From Daphnia carinata (taxonomy: Eukaryota), in contig NC_081332.1 of the NCBI RefSeq assembly GCF_022539665.2, positions 6,572,001 to 6,636,000 of the forward strand: a DNA stretch of 64,000 bases, read 5' to 3'. Below the pieces are notes generated by a model. The model made no database searches and was not told the origin of the DNA. It worked only from the letters and a program-made list of their open reading frames with translations. Below are positions 52,940 through 64,000 of this stretch, piece by piece (positions within the stretch are counted from its first letter, which is position 1; the number at the start of each line of letters is the position of its first letter). The translations under genes and the position numbers were made by a program.

Positions 52940-55900
52940 CTACGCTCTTGCCTTTGCGAATTCAACCACATCTGCCTCAGAGTCTGAATCCATTTCTCCT
53001 TCTCCATCGCTGTCTTCCATTGCTAGTTTTTCGAATCCACCACGTATGGGGTCACGGTGTCCAAGCAAGCTACCCAAATCTAGTTTGGCCGTCCTTTTGT
53101 TCTCCGCACAACAACCTTTGTGGTAAAAATTCAGTATAAATTTCATTACAGCCTACAGGTAACTAAGGATGTCGGCAAAGAAACATATGAAACTACTCCT
53201 TCAACAAACATTCATTAAAAAACTAAATCTATCCAATCTTAGAATACAAGTGTGCTATGAAACGAACAATGTTAAACTGTTTTTACCTCGCTGTCTCAAT
53301 CTTATGATGGCAAAGACGATGATAAGTATGAGTAACGGAACCGCCAGGATGGCAATTATGATTACAGAAGTTGAAAAGGACGAGACGTCTAGATCTATCA
53401 TATGTTCGTTCGAAGATGATTTTAATGCGGGAGCATGGTCAGCCACCATCCCATTGATGCTATTTGGTGGTGATGTAACGTCTTTGTCTGTGATGAATCC
53501 CCAGGGTTGTCGGTTACATAATTTTAATTTAAGTTAATTGATTCTAATTCAAGCTAACCAACCTTGTTTTATCAACTTGAGAACTCTATAGGGAGATATG
53601 TCGGCAATGTAGATAGAAGAACCATTGGCGCCAAGGGCTAGTGCATGTGGCGTGCCCAAGTGCGTGTCGATTTTGCTTCCAAACAATGAAACAATTTCTC
53701 CCGATCCCTTGACATCGATGACAAATCCTTGAGCAGGGACGGTTTTCCCATTAGAAGAAGAGGGCCCATTGACGGCATACATGTTACCATCTTAAACCCA
53801 GGCGAAATTCAAATGAGAATCTGTTGTGAACAACACTGGTTTGGTTTTCGTACCCTTGTAGGCGACGGCGTATAGGGTACTTCTAAATTCCGGAAATTTT
53901 AAAACCATTTGTAGTCGACCGTCCGTAATCGAGAAACATTGAATCCGGCCATTTTCTCGATCCGCAACACAAATCATATCTCTTTCAGGCACCAACGTTA
54001 GCGAATGGGGAACATTCATGGGACTCGTTGTCACTGTTAATAATTTTCATACACGTTATTAGAAAAAAGAACAAGCTAAATTTATTAACTAAACACTTGC
54101 CTGCCTTCCATTCAGAAATCTTCATTCCTGCCTTGGTGTACTTGATAATTCTCGAGTTGCAATAGCCATCAGCAACGAAGAATTCCCCACTGGGTAATAC
54201 AGCTACAGAAGTTGGTTTACAAAAATCTCCTTCTCCCGATCCAGGTTCTAATTTTTTGCCAAGTTCTAGTAATATCTGAAAAACATTCAAGCCATACACC
54301 CTTTGTCATTCCTTGCCTGCATGGTGAGAGCAAAATAACTTACTTGTAAACTATCTGTGCCTTTTCTCAATGGAGTTAGTTTGAAGACTTGATGAGCACC
54401 AACGTCTGTGACCCACAAACAATCTTCTTGATCGATGGTCAAGCCGTGCGGGAGATAAAACCTAATAAGACCATAGTGATAAATATCAGGCTGCAGTAAT
54501 TTGATGAATGCTAAGGTCTCACATTTTTTGACCACCTTTGTTGATTACTTGGCTGTCGTTGGGATCAAATAAGATTAGGGTAGCGTCTTCAATTGGGCCG
54601 ATGCTTGAATCAGCCAAACGGTTGTCGAACCCAAAAGTGTTGAAACCCCAGGCTCTAATTTTTTTTTTTTGGAAAAAAAAGGCTCATTAAGTGTTTTGTG
54701 CAATTTTTTCACTACAGCCAGTTTAAATTCTGGTCGCAGCATTTGTTAGCTTTTGTCTGCATAATTGCCCTACCTGTTCGACCTATGAAATACGACTACA
54801 TTGCCTTTCGAGTCGATGGCGACGGCTGACGGTTGACTTTGAATGGTAGACAACCATTTTGGGTCTGCAACGTATTTGTCTGGATACGTTTTGAGTTGGA
54901 TTGTTTCCTGAATACCCAAAATTGTGTGCGCGAGAAAACAAATGTTTATACACGTATCTTGAAAAAGAAAAATCACAATCTTACAGGCTTTAAAGTAGTT
55001 CTCATTTCAAGATGGTTTTGCGTCATGTCCACGACTTGTTTGTTATAAAGTTCGTCTTGGGTAGGAATTAGAGAGCCAGGTTTTCGATGGACTACATGAT
55101 TCAGCATGTAATCGGTTTGGGCTTTTTTCTCTGGCTCCGGGATCGATTTACGCGGATCATCTGTAGTTCCAAAAACGTTGTTGTATTCCAGTTGTTCCTA
55201 TTGCAAAATGGTATAGGTGAGAATTGTACAGACTGCTAACATGCCCTATATAACACTACCAGATTAATTGACATTTTGTCAGAAATTACTACAGTTCCAT
55301 TTTCTTGAATATGACTACCATGAAGAGCATGTTCTTCAAGCAGAGGATTGGGAGGCAGAGGTTCATCGGAGTTGATTGGAAACAAGGAAGGTTTCTGGTT
55401 ACACTGTTCTGTGCAAATCTGGTATGACGTTCCCCTTCTAGCGTCGGTGTAATACATCAAGTATAAATTGCACATTTCGTCGCCAGCGGTCGAGCCTACG
55501 TTGCAACAATATTTAACAAATCGCAATAAGCTAATGTAAATAAACACAGAAGTACGCTTACCCATATACGTCGTTGTGTTTTTGTTGGTGGAATTGTAGG
55601 TGCATCTCGCTGCAATTATATCACCCGATTCCAAGTCGAATACACGGGGCATGCCATAAAATGCTTGTGGCCATTGCGGGTTTCCTCGTGCAAGTTCCTC
55701 TACCTGCCCGCTCTAGAGGAACAAAATATATCGTAAAGTGAAATCCTTAATAGTATAGAGACGTCAGGCGCTACGGCGAGAATCCGAGTAGGAACAAGAA
55801 ACGTATTTGCAAAAATCTTGCTTTGAAAAAAAATACTACCTCTTTTCCTAGCTTGTAGCCTGTAATGACACGTCCCAAGGCGTGTGCGTGTGTTCGGTAG

Positions 55901-56761
55901 GCAAATAAATGAATGGGTGCCGGAACGCTAACTTTGCAACAGGCATCAGCATGAACCTCTATTTGGTAGAGTAAACAATATTAAAATCTTTTTATAGTCG
56001 GTCTAATTTTAAAATCTTACTTGGCATAAATGGTGGAATAATTGCTCCTCCAATTAGTAAAAATATACCTGCAATATATTTTTGCCTGTGAGAAATTAAG
56101 ATTAACATACAGAGAAAAGTAGGCATTAAAAATAATAGTGATAATTCATACTCTTCACTTGTCACATCAATATCCATTCCACTGTAGTCTTTTTCTCCAG
56201 GCGGCAAAGGGTGTGCATAATGGATTTGAAGCACCAGATATTTGACTGAAGAATCCTGCCCTCCAAAACGAAATCCAACTGAAGGTGGCAAACTAGTTGG
56301 TGGGGCATTTTTTGCCCAGGCAAACATAATACTTGAATGTCCTCTACACACACCATGATGCCCACAGTCCCTGTACAAAAATTTTGAGTGTCAATTATTC
56401 AGACAGTTCAATGTTTATTTTACCAATAGATTTCTTTTGATGGGACATCTCCACAACCATAAAGAAGCATATGGTGAGCTCTGTCTGCACTTCCTTCAAT
56501 TTTGAATTGAGTTATATATAATTGTTCATCCCTTGCATCAAATGCTGAGCACAAGTAATCATCATTCTGCACAAATTCAACAAAATTTCAGAATTCCATT
56601 TGGATTGTTTGTTAGAAAAAGCTTACCTTCTGAGGAATTATCCCTGGCATTCGCAACTTAATATTTTTGCCACCAACTGTGTTTGGTTCTCCTTTAGGCA
56701 GTTCTCGAATTTGTGCATTGCAAGCACAGAATACCACGACCAAGATCAATATCTTCCCCAT
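52940..56761 (-). CDS. PAM: Bifunctional peptidylglycine alpha-amidating monooxygenase (signal peptide, PHM, linker, PAL/NHL propeller, TM helix, acidic cytosolic tail), about 863 aa
   Basis: Sixteen exons: 56627-56761, 56424-56566, 56152-56370, 56021-56085, 55840-55958, 55562-55712, 55293-55495, 54985-55197, 54774-54907, 54523-54654, 54344-54461, 54101-54275, 53854-54033, 53563-53790, 53287-53487, 52940-53115; 2592 nt = 864 codons including stop. PHM motifs: AHHMLLYGC, LVLQIHY, AYRTHAH, PQWPQAFY, DEMCNLYLMYY. PAL motifs: VFHR, FYLPHGLTID, FCKPTSVAV, ADGYCNSRI, VPHSLTL, VADRENGRIQCF, TPHALAL. TM: VIIIAILAVPLLILIIVFAII. Signal peptide: MGKILILVVVFCACNA. Confidence 0.96.
54034..54100 (-). other. 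PAM: Non-canonical GC-AG intron (PAM intron 12, 67 nt)
   Basis: Minus strand reads TGG AAG GCA G|gcaagtgttt...attaacag|TG ACA. The GC donor gives the phase 1 needed to reach VPHSL, whereas the nearest GT, 4 nt further on, is phase 2. Confidence 0.85.
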
Positions 56762-58465
56762 CTTCCTCAAAGCTATTATCGCCAAGGTTGAAACTGAACC
56801 TAGTGACTTACTCACGAGACGCGCACTAGCAGCCTACGTGTCAAAATAACGTTGGCAAATCTGCAACCCTCAAGCAAGCCCAAAAATTAATAGCTTTTAA
56901 CTCACACACCAGTTATTCGGGTAACACGTCATAAGCCGCTTATTTAGTAACCTTGCTCTACACAGCCTCCACAACTTCAGTTGAGCGCATAATATTTTTT
57001 TTCTTTTCCCTTTCTATATTTGACCGTGTAGCAATGGTGTTCCCACTACACGATAGGTGGCACTGACAACCTTAGCGCTATTCACGCAAGGCCTTCATAA
57101 TAACATTTTTCTCGCAGGATGAAAATACCGTATTTACAAGAGTGCTCTTTGAATTTCCGCATTTTCGAAAAATATTCACGCGTTTTGGAATTCAAGGAAG
57201 CTAAGCAACGTGCATTTAGCAGACTGGTGGCACTTCGAATGCGAATAGCCTTTAATGTACTACTGCTAAGTTCCTTGGGAAGCGTTTGCGTACCTGAATT
57301 GGCAGATTTCTGGGAAGACGGATTCGGCATCGCGCTGTTATTTGAATACCACTGCACATTCTTTGGTTCCATCCCCCATAAAAATGTTCAGATTGGGAAA
57401 AAGATCGTACGATATCGATTTAAAGAGTAGGTAATCTACTTTTGATATCATGCAGGTAATTCATCGCTGTAACACAGGCACGTGAACATTTAGCTGACCT
57501 TATTGATGTCGAATAACGAAAACAGCGAACATGACATTTTGGGGCGCCGTCATGCTCTGTAAGACCAAACGGAATAGCGATCCGATGTTTTTATCACTAG
57601 AAATGTTCCAGTTTTCATTTTCTTCGCAGATTGAGATTTTGCTACAGCACTGTGTGCTTGACTGCCATCGCCCAACATTTCTAGGAGAAAAATTTAAAAA
57701 ATAAATAAATAAATGAAAAAGAAAAGAAAACTTTAGACAGAAGCTGGTTAGGGGATGTTCCATCCGAGTTTATCAGTTCACCGGAGAGGAAGTAAAGTTC
57801 ATCAATATTCGTTGACTTGCTCTAGATAAAAAAGCGAGCAGAGCATATCAACATCCGCCCCATCAGCGTCTGGTCCAGGCATTGCCATGGTGGTCACTGA
57901 TGATGGGGATCAGCCAGATCGAGCGCGAGGGCTGGGGTCTCGTTCATCAATCCTTTTTTTCCATTCGCACGCCTTGATGTGTCGAGGGTGAAAATGTGGA
58001 ACTTTGCACCTAACAAAATCAAAATAAACAACAATAATAAAATTAATCGTCAGCCAACCAACGAGTATGTAATGCATACTTGTATGTCAAATAGTGCGCC
58101 TCCGAAAGTGCGAGAAATAAAAAAAAAAACAATAACAAAACAAAATTTAAAAAAAAAATTAATAAAATAAAAAAAGAAAAAAAAAAAAAAAAACGAGAAA
58201 AAAGGGGTATCATGGACCGGATATTTGGCATATGGCCTTTCGATTCACCCCGCTGGCCGAAATCGAGATGGCAATGATCGAACTATGACCCAGCCGCTAC
58301 TAAGCAGATTACTCTTTCCTTTTTTTTTAAATTTTAATACATAGTCGCATGTGAACAAATTTCGCCTTAATATGATGTCATCAGTGACATATTGAATTAG
58401 CTCGTCATCCCCAATTTCAGTTCCTACTTGTGGTTCAATGGTCCAGGAGCTTCCTGTAGTACCAT

Positions 58466-58597
58466 TCTGGATGCAAAAAGTCACACACACGTCCGTGTGC
58501 CTAGTATACTGATGAATAACTTACCTTTTATCGATTCCATAGTCTGTGCCGTACTTTCGTGGTAGGTGTGTGGGCAGGCAGTCTGATTCGTTGATGC
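58466..58597 (-). other. Probable spliced transcript segment upstream of PAM (exon 58525-58597, 58-nt intron, next exon from 58466); lncRNA, small ORF or distal UTR
   Basis: ttcaacag|GCATC...AAAAG|gtaagt...tgcatccag|AATGG; intron size matches neighbouring genes; all three frames stop soon afterwards. Confidence 0.3.
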
Positions 58598-60733
58598 CTG
58601 TTGAAACTTGCAAAAATGTCTCTCGACTCGAGTGCAATGATCTGACTACGATAAACATCGAACGCTCCCTTTTTTCAAAAAATATATATCACTGCTATAG
58701 TACTATAGCTTTTATGCATTTTGACGACCCCAATCATCTCTCATCATCTGCCAGTGACATCACTTCCCTTTCTCCCCTCCACTTAAAAACGAGTCGCCAA
58801 AGACGAGACGCGTAGGAATAACACCATAGAGAAAAAAGTTTCACAGCAACCCACTGATCAGCAAAGGGGAAAGAATAAAGAGCCACTGACAGCAATTTGT
58901 GTGACGGGTTCTAATATAACCAACACGTCACGCGAGTGCTGTTGCTTGTCACCAAGAAGTGGAAGAATAACGATGACGAATAGCTTGTGAAAATGCCGAA
59001 CATTCAAATATCGTTATTCAGCACATATCCCGGCTGTTGGATTGATTTGAATGATCTCGCTTTCCTTATACAATTGACAAACTTTTATTTTTCACTATGT
59101 ACTGCTAAAACCTAAATCATCCTTCAGTCGTGAAATTTTAGGATTTGGGTGCAAAGGACGGACCAAGTTATACAGTTATGTAAACGGAACGCATTTGTTG
59201 CGTCTAGCCAACTGATTGCTTGTTTGCCTATCTAGAAAAAACGTGAATTTATCCACGCATTGATTAAATCCTACAATATAGGTGTTGAGCAACATTTAGA
59301 GGTTTTGTTCTGCTTGCATTTTCTTTCGTAGGCCAATTTCTTATTTAACGTCTGAATTTTTAGCACTTTTTCGTTATCTCGCTTTGCCATTAGTGGTTAA
59401 AACACTTCCTGTTCATGGTCATATCAGAAGTAAGTCTTCACCACCAACTTATCATGGGATTGCCGATTGCGCTGTATTCAGCCATTAAAGAACCAGTTGA
59501 CTCGAACTCGACGTAGCTAGTTTATCTTGCCCATTTAATGTTTATACTTTCTCAGTCTTTCGAAATTTATCGTCGGGGCTTTCCGTCACGTACAATTACA
59601 GCGGGTTACAGGTTTGGTGGCGTTTATTTTCCGATGCAAGCGCAATGTAGCGCTTGACGTTGGCACTGATTGTCGCTTACACCACCTCATAGTTTCGGTT
59701 GTACTACGTTGTTTAATAAACAATAGCCACAGTGTTCACTGACCAAAGAAAAACTCGAATCGATTTCTTTTATGGACTAGAGAAATGCCGCATTTACCTT
59801 TTCCATGATTGCATTTGATTTTATTTAGAAAAACCCGTGAACCCAGTTACGAGCTTTCTTCGGAAAATGTTTCAAATTTTGATGAGACGTGGAACAAAGG
59901 GGATGTCAAACGCTGGTTCCTGCTTTTAACCATAAAGTAAGAGATCGACGAACAACGTACAGTTTGAAGAGATCGCTGGTCGACAAATCGTCACGTCGTG
60001 TATAACAACGTCTGTTTGTGCCATTGTGGAGAAGGGGCTGTACCATCTCCAAGTGATTGTTCCATTTTGCTCTACTAGTTACTAACTAAAAATTGTAACT
60101 GTCTGTTTTGTATAATTCTGGCGCACAAGTGATCGTTCGTTGTATTGTATCAGTGATGGTAGTCTCGTGCCATAAATGACTCCCTTTTATCCGTTTCAAA
60201 TCAATGGGATTGTAGTAAATTCAACAGTTCTTCACCCACCACATTTGCCAATGACATGAATGGCTGTGGTCCGATCCTGATACCTACCCTCTCAAATAAA
60301 CTAGTGCTATGATAAAATATCCCAAGTGTATCATCACATTTTGTAATTGTTATCGTTTTCCTTTTACCTACCATAAAATTGGTGGTCTGGTATAGCAGCG
60401 CAAGTCTTAAGCCTAGTCTCAACAACTGATTCAGTACAATGTTATTTTAGTCTACAGCCACAGTGATGTCGAGTTCTTTTAAACGCGATGCGATTAAAGC
60501 ATCGATGTTGGAGACCAATGGAGCGAGGCTAATCGGACGCACCCCTCGGTCCTCTTTATTCCCCTTCTCGTTCAGGACTCTAGATCATACCTTAATAGCC
60601 TCTGCTGTACTCCCTCAGTCCTTTACCCATTGCATCCCAGTTCGCCCTCCTCCCCCCCCCCCCCACCCTTCCTTTTCTTTTCACTTCGGCTTGCACGCAC
60701 GTACCAGCGTTCGCCGTTGTACAGAACATATCG

Positions 60734-60764
60734 ACACACACACACACACACACACATCACACAC
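60734..60764 (+). repeat. (AC)n microsatellite
   Basis: acacacacacacacacacacacatcacacac. Confidence 0.85.
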
Positions 60765-63700
60765 AAGACGCTGTTTGAATGAAGGATAGGCTTCCTTCAT
60801 TTCTTCTTCTTCTTTTTTTCTTTTTAACCACCAAGGCATTCGACTTCCTCCTGGATCCCGTTTTCGCTTGCCCAGTCCCGATCGATGAGCCGCAGTCCAA
60901 GGCTTTCACCAATCAGATTCCCACGTTACAGCCGACAAGTTAAATTCTTTCTTTCTTTTTTTTTTTTTTAGCTTTTACCTAGTTGCCAATCCATGAGCAT
61001 CAATAGATTCTCATAAGTAGAAACACGTGAAAATGTAACACAATCTTCACGCGTATTTCATAGCCATCTGGCTAAAAAAGTCAGTTTATATCCGTTTATG
61101 TACGTCAAAGTTCAAACGACATCGTAGTTACATGTACACATGCAGGAAAGAACATAAGATTTTCTAGTGGAAACAGTACTGGAAAGGTGGGCGTCACCGA
61201 GACGGAGTCCGAGGCAAGGAACAGGGGGAGACAAATAATGGGGTAGACGCGATATCAATTTGATGTGCGATGGGAGTCAAGAGTGGCGTTGTCCATGTCG
61301 GCGCGGTGGCCATCTGATATCCCCAGCCTATCGATATAGATGAAGTTGAACTTGTCATAAAAAAAAATAAAAATAAAAATAAAATGAAGGATAGAAAAAG
61401 AAATAGGGCTATATCTAGCGTAGAGGCACTTGTTCCCGAAAGTTCGCCCCCAAACCCTCTTTTTTCGAGTTCGGTGCTGAGCGTATAAGGTATATAGCCT
61501 AATATGCCGGTCGGTGGTGTCGAGGACCGGTAAGGAATATAAAAAAAATCCTTCCTCTCGTTTCGTTCTCTTTCTCTTTTCGTCCTTATGGTCGAATCAG
61601 ATGTGATGGCAAAGAGACAACGAGAGAGAGAGAGAGAAGGAACAAGGAAAGATGGGGACTAGAGCTACTGGGTGCTGTTGTCGAAGGGAATAACAAACGG
61701 AATCGACGGAATAAGAAAAAAATAAGACGAGTGTCGAGTGTGGGACGTAAAAAATAAAAGAAACGAGAGACAGAGACACGAGAGAGAATGAAAAGAAAAA
61801 AAAAAAGAGAGAGAAGGGGGTGTGGGATAGTAGGAAACACCGGGTCTATCACATCAACGACTACGGATCTATATAAACCCTATATAGACGACCGATCTAT
61901 TCAATCTACCCTCATACTTTCCCGATTTCTTTTTGTCTCCGTGTGTTACAGGCTGTGGACTGCCGTTCATCCATTTTTTTTTTTTTCTCTTTTCGTCCTC
62001 CCCCCCCCCACCCTTCTCCTGTAGATAGGTCTATTCTATATAGTGTGTGTCCTCTTAAGAGCTACTGGCATTCACACCCTCCCCGTGTTGTTAGTCTGAC
62101 CCCGGGTTGACCTGTCCGCCCGCCCTAGGGTGCCCGAGAAACTGGACGCCCGCCTTATAGTTTTTTGCTCCGTTTCGAATTCACGCGCGCTTGGGGAAAT
62201 TCATCGCCAATGAAAACAAGTATAAACATCAACAAAGCAAATACAATGGTGCGTACTGGGCAGAGAGTCAAACAATTCAACCGACGTGTTCCATAATACA
62301 CTACTGTACCTCAAATCAATGTCTGAGAACTAAACAGCAGGGAAAAGGAGAAAAAAAAAATAAAAACCGGTGCAGAGCGAATGACAAAAGCCGGACATGA
62401 AATAATCAATCGTTCGCGTGTGGCGTCCGTGATGAAATCAAACGAATAGACAAAGAACAAAGAAGGTATTGGAATGACGAAGAGACGAGTTAAAGGGTGA
62501 AAAGTTTTGCGACGAACAAAAGAAATCAGAAAAGTATCGTCTGACGTAACCGCAAATTTCAGCGCGATGTCGACCGAAAGGAGATGCGGCTTTTTGACAC
62601 AAAAGCGAGATGTTGTAACGCCGACGGGCCGATTGCTTCTTCATTAGCTTATTGCCACCTCCATCGTCACCTCACAATGGTCCTCACATGGAAGTCGCTT
62701 GTTGTCTGGAGCTCTCAACTCATCAAATTCTTTGCTTTTTTGCGCTCTTCGGGTGTCCCTCTCCATTCAATGGAAGAAGCGCAGCGCCATGTAATGTCTA
62801 TATACGACAGCCCGTCAAGTCTCTTCAAACTCCTCGTAGCATTGTGTTTTTGTCCCACCACCCTTTCCCCCTCCCGTTTCTTTTCTTAGCAAACAAACAA
62901 TAATATCGACAACGGCGAAGACCCTGCTCACACCACCAATAAGAAAATTTTATAAGGAAAAAAAAAAAAAAGAAATTTCAATCGTACACTACTCGAACAG
63001 TTATTCAATGGCCAAAACCGGGGGTTGTGTCTATACAACGGGTTGGCCATATCTACATAGTATCGCCGTTTCCTGATTTCTTTTTTTTTTTTTTTTCCTT
63101 CTTCATCTCCAACTTCCATTGATACTCGGCATCGGTGGCTGCTCCATCGTTTTTTATCGCGCTATCGTATTGAAATTTTCAAGGGGGGGGGATTGATGAT
63201 GAAGATCGGCTCACTTGTATACGTCGTGTTGCGTCCACGTATATATCCAATACCTTCGTTCCCTCTTCCCTCCTTCTCGCAGACGCAAAGTGGACGCCTT
63301 TTATATTGCGTATTGAATTTAGCGCTGAAATATATTGGAAACAGATAAAACAAAAGAAGGCAGACGTAATGTAATATCTTCCGATCTATTGTTTCCTACT
63401 ATGTCACTGCCTCGTTTCGTAACTGAACATGTGGAAACATAAGAGCTGTAATTTTTAATGTATCCATGTGCGCGATGGTATGCGAAACGCTTTTGTTTTG
63501 AATGAAATTGAAACAATTTTGCGTATACGGATCGGGATATTTATAGTCGCGAAAAAAACAAACTATTGTGTACTCGCGTCTTGTGACTCCAGCGATGATG
63601 TCACATTGTCCCTCTTTGGTTCCGTCTTTTCCTCTTGTCTATTTATCGATTATTATTCTTGCGTTCTAAGTTGTTGTTGTTGTTGTTGGGACGCGCCTGC

Positions 63701-63936
63701 TGTTTGTCTTTTCCCGTTAATAATGGAAGCAAAAGGAAAAAAAAAAAAAAAAGAAAGAAATTCCAACACGGGTTTCGAGTTCCTCTCCAACCCGACCTTT
63801 TTTTTTTTTTTTTTTCTCTGTCCCTCTTGTATTTATTACGTTAGGGGACATATTTATTTTGCGTTCTACTGGTTTCAGTTCGAAACGAAGCGGCAGGCAG
63901 GGTGGACGAGATGCTGGTTACCGTTGCCAAATGACA

Positions 63937-63979
63937 AAGAGAGAGACACACAGACACACACACACACACACACACACAC
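63937..63979 (+). repeat. (AG)n/(AC)n compound microsatellite
   Basis: aagagagagacacacagacacacacacacacacacacacacac. Confidence 0.85.
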
Positions 63980-64000
63980 CAAAAAAGAGAGTCCAAACAA

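Noticed and set aside
53157..53162. 6-nt micro-exon in the last PAM intron
   Set aside because: It would leave a 41-nt downstream intron, well below the roughly 58-60 nt minimum seen in this window.
512..63844. Numerous 60-200 aa ORFs rich in poly-F, poly-K or poly-P
   Set aside because: Translations of homopolymer and microsatellite tracts in introns and intergenic DNA.
1..64000. CRISPR arrays, tRNA/rRNA genes, well-known arthropod miRNAs, intact transposons
   Set aside because: None recognised by eye. Rfam, tRNAscan and RepeatMasker runs would be needed to exclude them formally.

Overview
Eukaryotic, AT-rich arthropod genomic DNA with many poly-A/T/G/C tracts and mostly 60-70 nt introns. 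This is most consistent with a Daphnia-like branchiopod crustacean (inference). Three spliced protein-coding genes could be rebuilt by hand with consistent splice phases. (1) A + strand Dpr-family two-Ig-domain neuronal recognition gene: 5 coding exons over 5185-27682, very long introns, first (signal-peptide) exon not found. (2) A complete - strand NBAS/Sec39 orthologue: 10 exons, 42191-51455, about 2365 aa. (3) A complete - strand bifunctional, membrane-anchored peptidylglycine alpha-amidating monooxygenase, PAM (PHM+PAL+TM+tail): 16 exons, 52940-56761, about 863 aa, with one GC-AG intron. The most interesting observations are a candidate stop-first (poison) cassette exon in the unusually long last intron of the NMD factor NBAS, and a PAM exon layout that allows vertebrate-like isoforms (skippable dibasic linker exon, skippable TM exon, PHM-only read-through). 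There are also several weakly supported unannotated spliced or small-ORF units. No rRNA, tRNA, CRISPR array or intact transposon was recognised. Nothing here can be called a new biological system from sequence alone.
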